Shown here: piece by piece, positions 1 to 10,188 of the stretch
Position numbering within the stretch: the first letter of the stretch is position 1
Layout: each line of letters opens with the position of its first letter
DNA from: Setoptus koraiensis
Lineage: Eukaryota > Animalia > Arthropoda
Assembly: GCA_048013815.1 (NCBI GenBank)
Contig: CM106586.1
Span: 24,180,001-24,244,000, forward strand
DNA length: 64,000 nt
Direction: 5' to 3'
Notes under the pieces: model-generated
The model's database searches: none
Told to the model about the DNA's origin: nothing
The model's input: the letters and a program-made list of their open reading frames with translations, nothing else
Translations under genes and position numbers: made by a program

Positions 1-45
1 ATGTTTTTTCTCTCTCTTTTGTTACGTCACATCCGAGCTGCTTAC

Positions 46-664
46 CTGACAGTATTTGTTTGTTGATAGTGTCGCCATCAAGCGATGACGCTAACTTGAG
101 ATGATGGCCAGCTGATCGATTGTTTGTTTGTATCATTGAAAAGTGATTAACTGGCGATAATAATTCATGATTGCTGACTGACATAACGCTGGCCAATGAT
201 TGTGGTGTCATGCTGATCAAAGTAGTTAGAATCACAATTAGTTGTATTGGTATGATTAACATTGACGGTTTAACAAATTTACAATTCACACTCTCTAATG
301 ACTTTTTCTTCTTTTTCCCTGTCATATTGCCCCTAGATTGATGCTGATGAATAGAGCAAGCAACCACAAACAAACTATTTTCATTGATAGCCGATAGCTT
401 GTTGCTACGAGTTGCTGGTGTTTCGTTCAACCAACATTTGCTGCTACCACAATTAGTAATAAGCATTTCGTCGATATAATTTGCTCTCGTTTTAGCTCTA
501 TAATGACTAAATAATGTTGCTGTCGGTCGCATACATTTCCATTTCGTTTCATCTGATTTAAATTGAGCTTCATTGATTGAATCATAACAAACAATCGCTT
601 GCTTAGTTCTTTGCAACGGTGAGTTTCGATGATTCATTTGGCTCGCTGGATGACAATTTTCCAT
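46..664 (-). CDS. Probable first coding exon of an unidentified gene continuing off the left edge of the window (not in the ORF track)
   Basis: The minus-strand frame has no stop from 781 to the window edge, so the ORF finder skipped it. First ATG at 664 (MENCHPASQ...). It contains a hydrophobic stretch, MLIIPIQLIVILTTLISMTPQSLA, and ends at a strong donor CAG|GTAAGC (exon ends at 46, phase 1). No family recognised. Confidence 0.45.
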
Positions 665-2551
665 ATTATTTGTACAATTGATTTTGTGTTGAATTGATTT
701 GCTCTTACTTGCTTTCACGTTTTTCACTTGACCATTTTGTAAATCTCTAATAGATAGCAGTGAACAAAATTGACTATATAATCACTCGATAATTAGTGCA
801 AACAATTTAGCACAAGTGCAGTGGCAAGCGAATATGAGCGCCAGCCTAGGCTGTAGTGAATTGCGGGAGTGCTAATTATTATTATTATCGTTCGTTTATT
901 AAAATTGCATCATTTCATGACCTTTGAACTTGATATGATACTTGAACTTGCCATTGTTGCAGTCTATGCAAAATGCGCATGCATCAACAATTAACAATTT
1001 TAACGAGTCACTCACTTACTTTTACTCATTAAGTTGCACACATAATTTAATATTTAAACACGTTCACTGTTTTAGTTGATTGTCCAACTGATTTCAACGT
1101 AACTCACACAGCTCTTAACAAATATATAAACATAATAACTAGATAGAATTCTTTCGCTTGCTCACAAGCAGCCCCACTAACAGTCTAGACAAAGTTGGCT
1201 AACTAAAATGAGAGCCACAAATGAGAATGACAGTGCAAGGGGCGCATGCACAACAGAGAATTCCGTTGAGCGCACTCGCCGGGCCCCACCATGACAATAC
1301 AGCGCCTCGGAATGAATACAGGCTAGCTGCACCATTCTTCCACTGCTCATTGCGCAATGATAGACTGGCCCTAGGCAAGGTAATCTAGACACGATAAACA
1401 ACTGCGATAGGTGCGCTTCGAAACTATAATAAACTCATTCGATCTCGCTAGATCTCACGATTTGCCAACTATAGTAAGTTGTGCGATTGGAAAGTAAACA
1501 AATGGAAAAAAACAAAAAGTAACGGTCAATTGCGACCAATTCTTTTCTTGTCTATAGACGGGTGTCAAGTTGATAGTTTGTCCAGCAGTCTGAATGAAAT
1601 GTATTATGTAAAATATGTATTATTGCCTCATTAAGTACACTTAGAAAATATCTGGCTCTGTTCGATTGGTTGCGACAACTATTTACTGTGTCAGCTGTGC
1701 TACTTGCCATTTCCGCAAGCCGCAAAATTGACACTAGCAAGCTAACTCACGGCCTGTGTCATTTATATCGGCAGACACAAATAAAAAATGCGACACAACA
1801 ATCAATATTTTTATTGCCCACACAACCGACGGCAGCAAGCGACTTTGTGCTGAATCAATCAACTCTTGTCTCAGATAATTTTTGCTAGCTTTTACATTAT
1901 AATTAGAAATCAATTTGTTGTGACCCAAATGCAGTTCAAAAGCCTTAGCTGACCGGAATATAATGTGTCGCAATGGTGACAGATCAGCATGAGCGAGCAC
2001 TTTAATCCGTTGTCTTACCAGTAGCGGATATATGGAGCGAGTTAGATTAAAATGATCTAATGAGGTGAGATGATGATTTGATTTGATTATTGCGACAATG
2101 ACTGGAGAGAAAATATAATCATCATTTTTGTTGCTGCTTGACAATAAACAATAGGCGGCCCAATGATCGCACTGTTTGTGGTCGATCATCATGACAGACA
2201 ATCTAGGCTTTGTGCACTGGATAAATGGAGTGAAAACTGATTGAGTTTGGCCATTGGATTGAGTCTAGCCATTGTGAGTCACACGTCGGCCATAATGCTC
2301 CAGAGCAAACGTATAAAAGGTATTTCCATCCAACGAAATCAAAACAATCAAAGCAACTGAGCAACAACAACAATCGCGAGTACATTAGCCATCTTCTGGC
2401 AATCATTGCATCTATTTGAGACAGTTGCCAGACTAGTTGTGCATTATAAACAACAAACAAACAATAAGAGAAGCCTGGCCGCAAAAACACGTTCAAGAGA
2501 TAAAAAATAATTGAAAATAATCAGTTAATTGGCTGAATATCACATAACAAT

Positions 2552-5416
2552 ATGCACGCGATAACTGTTGTGCTTCCATACTGGACAGTGTACACCTGTC
2601 TAGTTATAAATCTGCAATCAATCGGCTTCAATTTGGCTGCTGCGCCGGGTTCCTTCAGCGGTCATCGGCAATCGCAGGCCGTTATACAGAAACAACCACC
2701 ACAAACAAGCTCAATGCCACAATTAGTAATAAGAAAACCTTTTGCCAGTTTAACGCGCCCTCTATCATCTAGCTCTTCGCAATCATCGTCCACTAATCAA
2801 TTATCCAGCAATAATAATAATGCAATTAGAATAACGCAAGACAATAAAAGATTTCATCAAAAGCAACAGAGTCTGTTGAACAAACAGCAGCAACAATTAT
2901 TGACTGCCGGATCAAATCAATTGGCGCAAGCAACTGTGCCTACAAACTCAAATGATACACTGTTGCCATCGTCATTGAGTACATCGGCAAGCAGCGCGCA
3001 AACAGTATCGGCCCCACAATCGGCTCTGTCTAATCTATCAGCTCAACAACTAACTCAGCAAGCCAGCTCGTCGTTGTTGGCACAACAACAACAAGCTCAA
3101 AAGCAATTAGATCAACAATTGGATATGATTGTCAAATCGCAATATCGTGGCTATTCATTGTATGAGTTGGACGTGAAAACAGAGGCCGATCTGAGATATT
3201 TAGAGGAGTTGCACGGCAATGTGAGCGAAATCAATTCTAGCGATGTGTCCAGTTATAGCGATGTTGACTTTTGGTCATTCAAGCACAACATCAACGATCA
3301 GGCAGACATATTGTTGTCGCCGAAATCGCGACAATTTATTTTGGATCAATTGACAAGTCAAAAAATAAAATATCGCGTCAAGATAGACGACATTCAATTG
3401 AAATTGGACGAACAATTGTCCAAACAGCAGCAGCAACAACAACAACAACAACAGTCCGCAACAGCCACTCGTCCAGCCTACAGTGCTAATCAAACAAGTG
3501 TCATCACTAACAATAGTCTTGCCTCGACACAACACGAGCTTAGTGCACGTGGTGACGCAACATCATCGCAACAACAACAGTCAGATTATACGCGCCAAGC
3601 TTCGTTCACTAATGACACTGTTTTCTTTGAAAATTATCAGCGTCTACAAGAGATAAATGCCTATTTAGAGTCGCTTGTCGACAGAAATAGAGACGTTGCC
3701 CAGGTGAAAGTGATCGGTCGCTCGAGTCAGGGCAGATATTTGCGAGTGCTCAAGCTCGGCTACGACGATCCCAACGACATGATGAGGCCCGCTAGCTCGC
3801 AGCAGTCGTCGCAAAACAAATTGCTCGATCAGCAGCCAAAAATAGGCTCCATTTGGCTGGATGGGGGCACTCATGCTCGCGAATGGATTAGCCCGGCCAC
3901 CGTGTTGTATATAGCGCACAAATTTTCCGACAATCATCAGCGATGCAAGCAATATTTCGAGGCGATGAAACAGCGGGCCCAATCTAACGATTACAATTAT
4001 AACAATAATAACAATAACAATGTTCTCGCTAGCGACAACGAAATACCCGACACCTACTCAAATCAGCCAGCCGACCTAAACGCTCAATGGCTGGCACAAC
4101 CACCCCTGGCCCTGTCCGTGGGCGTAGGCCCCGACGCCTACGACGGACAACCGCCCGCTCCGGCGGGAACAAGCGAACAGGAAGTGGCCAATGGCTACGG
4201 TTGCAATTTGGAGATTGAACAATATCTAAAACGCTACAATTTTTACATAATGCCCGTATTGAATCCCGACGGTTACGAATATAGTCATACCCACAACAGA
4301 TTGTGGCGCAAGACCCGATCTGTTAGCTCGCACACTTTGTATAGGCACTTTTGTTTGGGCGCCGATCCAAATCGCAACTACGACGCTCGTCACGCAACAA
4401 CAGGTGCCAGTACGCACCCATGCAGTCAGACATTTGCGGGCACGGTGCCATTCACTGAACCGGAAACGCGTCATCAATCTAACTTTATCATGGCCAATAG
4501 ACTTGATATGAAAATGTTCATAACATTTCACTCGTATAGCCAAATGATTTTGTTGCCCTATAGCCATTCGACACAATTGCCACCGGATTACAAAGATTTG
4601 GATTCTGTTGGCAAGGCGGGCGCCAAGGGTATTGAACAATTTTACGGCACTAGATACAAGGTGGGCCCGTCGGCCTCTGTTCTTTACACTGCCTCTGGCA
4701 CGGCTAGCGATTGGGCCTATGAGAAGGCCAATGTTAAATATTCGTACACAATTGAATTGAGAGACACGGGCAACCATGGCTTCTTGTTGCCTAGAAACCA
4801 GATCATACCCACTGGCGAGGAGACCTTCAATGGACTGATGGCGATGATAAAACAAATGGAAACAAATGAGAATATTGCCAATGTTAATACTAGCGGCGCG
4901 CAACAACAATTGACAGCCAAATCAAATTGGGACAATAACAACAATCAACAACAACAAAACAACAATGATTATCCCTCGATAGTGCACACCAATACTGTCC
5001 ACAACAACAACAACAACAACAATATCGGCGGAATTGCTAGCTCGTGGCGAAACCAAAATCAGATGCTCAAAGATCAGCAGCTCATCAACAAACGAACTGT
5101 CCTAGAGAGCATCTCAGACTCGCCGCCGCTTACATCATCGCTAACTAATGCTGGCGCTGATCTCGCTATACCATTGGCTAGACAACCCAGTGTTCGTGAT
5201 AGACCAACAATGTCAGATTCACCTGCTCATCATGAGATATTTGGGCCCGATTCAAAAGCAACAGTGTCCGTGTCAAATGCAAATGAGACGCCAGCAACAA
5301 CAAATATCAACGCTGGTCAAGAGGATAAATATTTAAGATTGGCCAGCGAACAGCGGCATTTATTAGAATCAAAACAGATGGGCAACAACAAAGCAAACAA
5401 GCCAACATCTCTTTAA
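2552..5416 (+). CDS. Zinc metallocarboxypeptidase, family M14A (CPA/CPB-like preproprotein), intronless, with long Q/N/S low-complexity extensions
   Basis: N-terminal hydrophobic signal and an activation-peptide-like segment (YRGYSLYEL...VDFW...KIKYRVKIDDIQ). Catalytic motifs: DGGTHARE (Zn His/Glu), NPDGY, LWRK, DPNRN, TFHSY, YTASGTASDWAY, YTIELR. Confidence 0.92.
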   Translation: MHAITVVLPYWTVYTCLVINLQSIGFNLAAAPGSFSGHRQSQAVIQKQPPQTSSMPQLVIRKPFASLTRPLSSSSSQSSSTNQLSSNNNNAIRITQDNKRFHQKQQSLLNKQQQQLLTAGSNQLAQATVPTNSNDTLLPSSLSTSASSAQTVSAPQSALSNLSAQQLTQQASSSLLAQQQQAQKQLDQQLDMIVKSQYRGYSLYELDVKTEADLRYLEELHGNVSEINSSDVSSYSDVDFWSFKHNINDQADILLSPKSRQFILDQLTSQKIKYRVKIDDIQLKLDEQLSKQQQQQQQQQQSATATRPAYSANQTSVITNNSLASTQHELSARGDATSSQQQQSDYTRQASFTNDTVFFENYQRLQEINAYLESLVDRNRDVAQVKVIGRSSQGRYLRVLKLGYDDPNDMMRPASSQQSSQNKLLDQQPKIGSIWLDGGTHAREWISPATVLYIAHKFSDNHQRCKQYFEAMKQRAQSNDYNYNNNNNNNVLASDNEIPDTYSNQPADLNAQWLAQPPLALSVGVGPDAYDGQPPAPAGTSEQEVANGYGCNLEIEQYLKRYNFYIMPVLNPDGYEYSHTHNRLWRKTRSVSSHTLYRHFCLGADPNRNYDARHATTGASTHPCSQTFAGTVPFTEPETRHQSNFIMANRLDMKMFITFHSYSQMILLPYSHSTQLPPDYKDLDSVGKAGAKGIEQFYGTRYKVGPSASVLYTASGTASDWAYEKANVKYSYTIELRDTGNHGFLLPRNQIIPTGEETFNGLMAMIKQMETNENIANVNTSGAQQQLTAKSNWDNNNNQQQQNNNDYPSIVHTNTVHNNNNNNNIGGIASSWRNQNQMLKDQQLINKRTVLESISDSPPLTSSLTNAGADLAIPLARQPSVRDRPTMSDSPAHHEIFGPDSKATVSVSNANETPATTNINAGQEDKYLRLASEQRHLLESKQMGNNKANKPTSL

Positions 5417-6268
5417 TAATCTTGTTGTTGCCTAATCATAATTTAACGATCAGTATCCATACACCGCTAGCTAGGCAATTATTGTGCAATGATCATGCTA
5501 ACAAAACAAAACAAATCAAATAACCAGTAGTCAACAAAACACTCTCACCTATAAGCTTATATTTACTAATATTAATATATTTGTATTTAGAACTCTTACA
5601 ATTACCATACCAGCAAGCATAAGCAAAAATAATTTGCAACTCTGAAAAAGATGTAAAACATTTAACGATTGAACAGCAGTTGATTTAAATTTTAGAAATA
5701 CGCAAATGGAGCAAAGCTTTTTTCAATTGATTAACCAATAAATTAATTGTCAAGTATCAATTAGCAATTTATAAAATAAATATAAATAAATCATACATAC
5801 TTCTACATGACTGGCGTCAATGAGTCAAGTTTTTGTGCCTCCCTCAAACGCAATCAGCATCACCCCTGGCGACATTATTATGTATCTATTTACGGATTTC
5901 GATGGAAGTTTTCTTTGCGCCGGCTCTTCCTCATATCCGCGATGTATTGAGCTGACTTTGTATCTGATGAATTTTCTGTTGCTGCTGCAAATATTTGTGC
6001 ATTACACAAGGTGAAGAACCCCAATGTAACTGATCCCATTAAATCATTCGATTTGGAAGTCGTGAAAGGACCAAAATCGAAGGAGTATCGCATGATGATA
6101 TATCAAATTTATATTGAATATAGAAAATATTGATACCAACAAAAGAATAGAATTCAATCAAATTGAAAGCTGTTAGTTGCAATTTGATTGCACAAAATAT
6201 GAAACAACACTGCACTTGCCAGAAATATCGGGCACATAGGATCACAATAAGCATTACTAGAAACATAC

Positions 6269-6298
6269 CCTCAGAAACAAAAGCTCTGATGGCGCCAT
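6269..6298 (-). CDS. Candidate first exon (MAPSELLFLR) of an unidentified small gene; downstream exons not resolved (region about 5820-6268)
   Basis: aagATGg context followed after exactly 10 codons by a strong donor AGG|GTATGT. No convincing continuation or homology was found. Confidence 0.25.
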
Positions 6299-6761
6299 CT
6301 TTCCAGAACGATTGAATGTCAGTGATATCTATCCAATGGTACTCTTGTTAGTTAATCAAAGATAACCCATTGCTACTATTGATTCTTGATTAAATGAAGT
6401 AACTCAGCTCTACTGGCTTTGTTTCAACCATTCAATCTGATTGTATTTGTATTAAATCAAAGACACGCAATTTAATTTAAATTTAGCAAAGTGGTGTTAA
6501 TTGTTTTATACTGATCAATTTCGCATTTAGCGCGTTAGGTTACTGTACTTGTAACAGGATGATTAATGAACCACGCCGGATTATATAAACAACTATTGAA
6601 TGACGGAAAGACTAACAAGATATCTGTTTACAATATGTTATAGTTCATTGACTGGCGTAGACAGTCTGACATTCTGTTTTATTTGGTGCTGCTCATATGA
6701 GAACCCTTCAATTTTGTGTCTGGAATTGTACAATCAAAATTTGTTTTTTTATAAACCAACC

Positions 6762-6995
6762 ATGGCCCCAGAGGAAATAGATGAAAAAAATAAAAAAACG
6801 GAAAATTTCATCTCCGGAACAGCGATGTTGTCGATAGTGGTTTTAGCTTTATTATTTACCAGTATAGCAAGTATATACATTTTTTATTATCATCTTGATG
6901 ACTCGCACCAGGACACCGATAACTGGATATTTGAGATACGGCGATATGTTAACTATCACTTGAGAATTTTCTTGATTATGGTTGGTCTAAGCTAA
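6762..6995 (+). CDS. Small orphan membrane protein (MAPEEIDEK..., 77 aa), possibly a spliced 5' exon
   Basis: In-frame ATG with caaccATGg context inside ORF 6600-6995, and one clear hydrophobic helix (MLSIVVLALLFTSIASIYIFYY). No family recognised. Confidence 0.35.
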   Translation: MAPEEIDEKNKKTENFISGTAMLSIVVLALLFTSIASIYIFYYHLDDSHQDTDNWIFEIRRYVNYHLRIFLIMVGLS

Positions 6996-7187
6996 ACAAA
7001 ACTGAATCCTTGTTTCGCTAGTTCTATTTTATATTGAATTGGATTTCTTATTCTATTGATTTGTATGTTTGCTTGTTTTTCTTTTATAAACTGTATGGTT
7101 ATCATCATCAACAAGGTTCGCCCCTTTATAGATTGGAGTGACATACAAGGAAGCGCAAGTGGTTGTCTGCTAAGTACAAAAACATTT

Positions 7188-8530
7188 ATGCAAACAACCA
7201 AAACAACCAGAAAATCCAGTGGAAACTCAGCCAACAATGAGCCTGGAAAATGTCCTGTCTGTAGAGAGGATAAACACAGATTGAAGATATTTCATGATCT
7301 ACCGAGGAAAGAGGATGGAAGCATTGACTATGAGTATTCAAGAGAAATGCTTTATGATCTAATGCGCAAGGGTAGACCAATTGTAATTGACGCGCAATTC
7401 AACTATATTTCCATACAAGAATGGCAAATTAAAAAGAATACGGCCACCATAATGGATATTCTTGATTTTTATGCTCGTCATGGCATGATTGAAAAAGTTT
7501 GCCACATTGAAACAAACCTTCGTCCAAAAAGTCTGCAAGGTTTATTCGTTAATTTGTACACCGATAGAAAAAGGCACATCTATGAGAGCTGGTATGCAAG
7601 CTGGTGAGTTTCAGATAATCAAAATCTCACTAAATCTAAATCAATTCTCATTAGTACCTCAACGGATCGGACATTCCTTGCAATGTGAAATACCTTCAAT
7701 TTAACTAACTGAATTTTATCATTCCATACCAACATATTGTCTGAAGGCAAAACTGTCGTCTGTGGTCCAAGAAAATGTTTAGATCTATGTATGATCTGAG
7801 TGAATTAAAATGGTTGCCTCTATCTATGATGGAGATGTCTGGAAGTCAGTCTATTTTGGCTTCATCGCTCAACTCGCAAACACTCACGAAAAATCTTTTT
7901 TCGAATTCGTCGCAGCCTTCGGACAGTTCGGAAGAGCAAGATTTTGTAAACTATAAACGGGTAATTATTATTAATTATACGAGTATTTCATTTCGTAAAT
8001 GCTCTTTATGTTTTGCTTATGTTTTAGAACTACAGCACCAGCATATCTTTACGAATCCTTTCTACTCTAGGTGCCTGCACAAGAGGATGAAAATATGACA
8101 TTTGTTTTTCAAATACAAGGACATTCGAGACTTAGATTATTCGCCAAATGCACTCAATACAAGCCAATTGATTGCTCCAAAGCAGGTAGCAGCCTCGTCA
8201 TCGATCTCAGTCCAAATCAAGCTCGTAAGTCATTTTATTCATCTTACAACTTCGCTCGGTGCTCTTTGCCTTCTTTAATTAGACTAGTATTACCCATGTT
8301 TAATTGGCATCTCGCACATTCAACTCGAACAGCAAACAATCCAACAATTAACGAATGATTGAAAATATCACCATTTTATTGTTATTATTACTTATTTGTA
8401 AAAGTGTTTTACAGCTCGACAACTTGGGTGCTGTCTTACGCAACAACCTGGAGCAACCGAGCTAGTGTCTATAAACATAGGAGGCCAAACGCTACTACTT
8501 GGGGAGAAGAGGCCTACAATTTGGCGATAA
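7188..8530 (+). CDS. Four-exon gene (7188-7603, 7747-7960, 8071-8224, 8415-8530), about 300 aa; CxxC plus a possible divergent NYN/PIN (Regnase-like) domain
   Basis: Three GT-AG introns (phases 2, 0, 1) join ORFs 7056, 7775 and 8071 and a terminal exon into one uninterrupted frame. RPIVID and IMDILDFYARHG resemble Regnase RPIVIDGSN and ILLAVNWFLERG. The start could lie further upstream (7095 or a further exon). Confidence 0.5.
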
Positions 8531-8767
8531 TTCTAACAGGAAGAACCATTTGATTGAAAATTTCGTGGTTTTGTTAGGTGAAACTTGACGTAGAAAAATT
8601 ATGCGGTGTATCTACAGGTGTTTGGGCGTCTTGTTAGAGTGTAAACTTTTATGACCTCGACACTGCAGCTGATATTTATTATTAGTGTGAAACGTACTCT
8701 CAATGATAAACGATTCAATCAACATTTATAATCACTTGAGTCAAAGTCCGTCCACACCGAATAGTTT

Positions 8768-9121
8768 CTAATCTCTTTTGCTGATGATACCATTCAGGGT
8801 TCCATCCTGACTGCATTCATCCATCGTTTCTGTTTTTTCATCACAGTCTTCCATCAATTGATTCAACATAGAGACGATTTCCTTCATCGTAGGAGAATAT
8901 TTAGGCTCGTAACGTATAAGCCTCAGTATTTCTCTCAATTTATCCAGGATTCTTTCTTCAATGCTATCCTCTGATTTTTCCAACGACTTCTTTAATTCCA
9001 TTTCCACGCGAGGCTGAGTCTCTTTGATGCCATTATTATGTGCATCCTTATTGCTCATATCTACTCGTAAATAACGAATAATAGGCGACAGAAGTTTATT
9101 CATTTGCAAATTAATGTTGAT
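8768..9121 (-). CDS. Orphan charged/coiled-coil-like ORF, probably the terminal exon of a small gene
   Basis: 113-aa ORF with protein-like E/K-rich composition, preceded by an in-frame pyrimidine-rich acceptor (ttttctttctgtaag| at 9122). The upstream exon was not securely identified. Confidence 0.35.
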   Translation of the reverse strand: MNINLQMNKLLSPIIRYLRVDMSNKDAHNNGIKETQPRVEMELKKSLEKSEDSIEERILDKLREILRLIRYEPKYSPTMKEIVSMLNQLMEDCDEKTETMDECSQDGTLNGIISKRD

Positions 9122-10188
9122 CTTACAGAAAGAAAAACAAGATTTGAAAAACTTATTTTGGACAATGAGTTATCTTAGTGATTTCAAAGTCTACCTGGCA
9201 AATCAACTCGAAATTTCTTTTTCATTGAGTAATCAATTTGGCGATTGAAATACTATATCTACTCTTGAATATATATTGTGGCGATCAGCTAAGATAAGAT
9301 ATCAAGATAAGGTTGAGAAAGATTGCATCTCAGAGGAAAGTAACAAAATATATATTCTAATACGTATCTAACAACCAGCGTGACATTATGTTGGGCCGGT
9401 AGATAACGGAGCAAGATTCAAAAAAAAACTCTAACTACATCGTAAAATGTAAATACTAGTGAGGTACTCGCAATATTGACTCAAAAGTCAATATCTTCCA
9501 ACGTAGTGTTTTGGATTCAAAAGGCGCCTATTCGCCACAAAATAGTTGAAATAAATAGTTCATTCATTGGATTTTTTCAAGTTTTGTACTTCCAGATCAA
9601 CCAGCCACTTCATGAACGAATCGTGATTGCTCGAATTGAATAACAAATGCGACACGCATCAACACCATGTTACGAATCTACCGATTCATTGGAAAGAGTA
9701 ATTGGGTTCTGGGAAGTGTGACTTGATGAATTTCTCTAGTATTTAGAGTCAACTAGTAACTGACAATCTAACCCTCTATAATGTTTCTGAAGACCCACAA
9801 TTTGTTGGTATCTGAACTGTATTTTGTGGCGAAAGCCTAGACCAGGCCATAGCTCACAGATATTCGCGTATCAAATTGAATAATAGTTATAGTAATAGAA
9901 TAGTGATAATAGTAATAGTTCGATGACAAGATGCATTTCTATAGGCTGCATCGAAATGACCTGCGAATGGATAATCTTTCGTCGCCACACAGTCTGTGTT
10001 TCGAACCTCGAAATTCGAAGCGTGTGTGTCAGTATTTTTGAATGTGCATTTGTGTATTGGCTGTGCCACTCAGCGCCCTCTATCAAAAGTATTGAAAGAG
10101 CCACAACCTCAACCCAATCACATGTTGTGCATTGCTGAATATATCAACGTATTCCAGTTTTACGATTTGCAACTTTATTTCATTTAAG

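Noticed and set aside
41-57. Minus-strand AATACTGTCAGGTAA matches miR-8-3p nt 2-16
   Set aside because: There is no miR-8-5p arm or hairpin nearby, the match ends at nt 16, and it coincides with a CAG|GTAAG splice donor. It is compatible with chance.
1734-2201. 155-aa ORF with one LRR-like phrase (FELHLGHNKL)
   Set aside because: A single motif with no repeat periodicity and a non-ATG start; more likely non-coding 5' sequence.
7056-7607. TRM10/SPOUT tRNA methyltransferase call
   Set aside because: The resemblance is limited to GRPIVID, and the SPOUT motifs (IYLTADS, YVIGG.VD) are absent from the spliced product.
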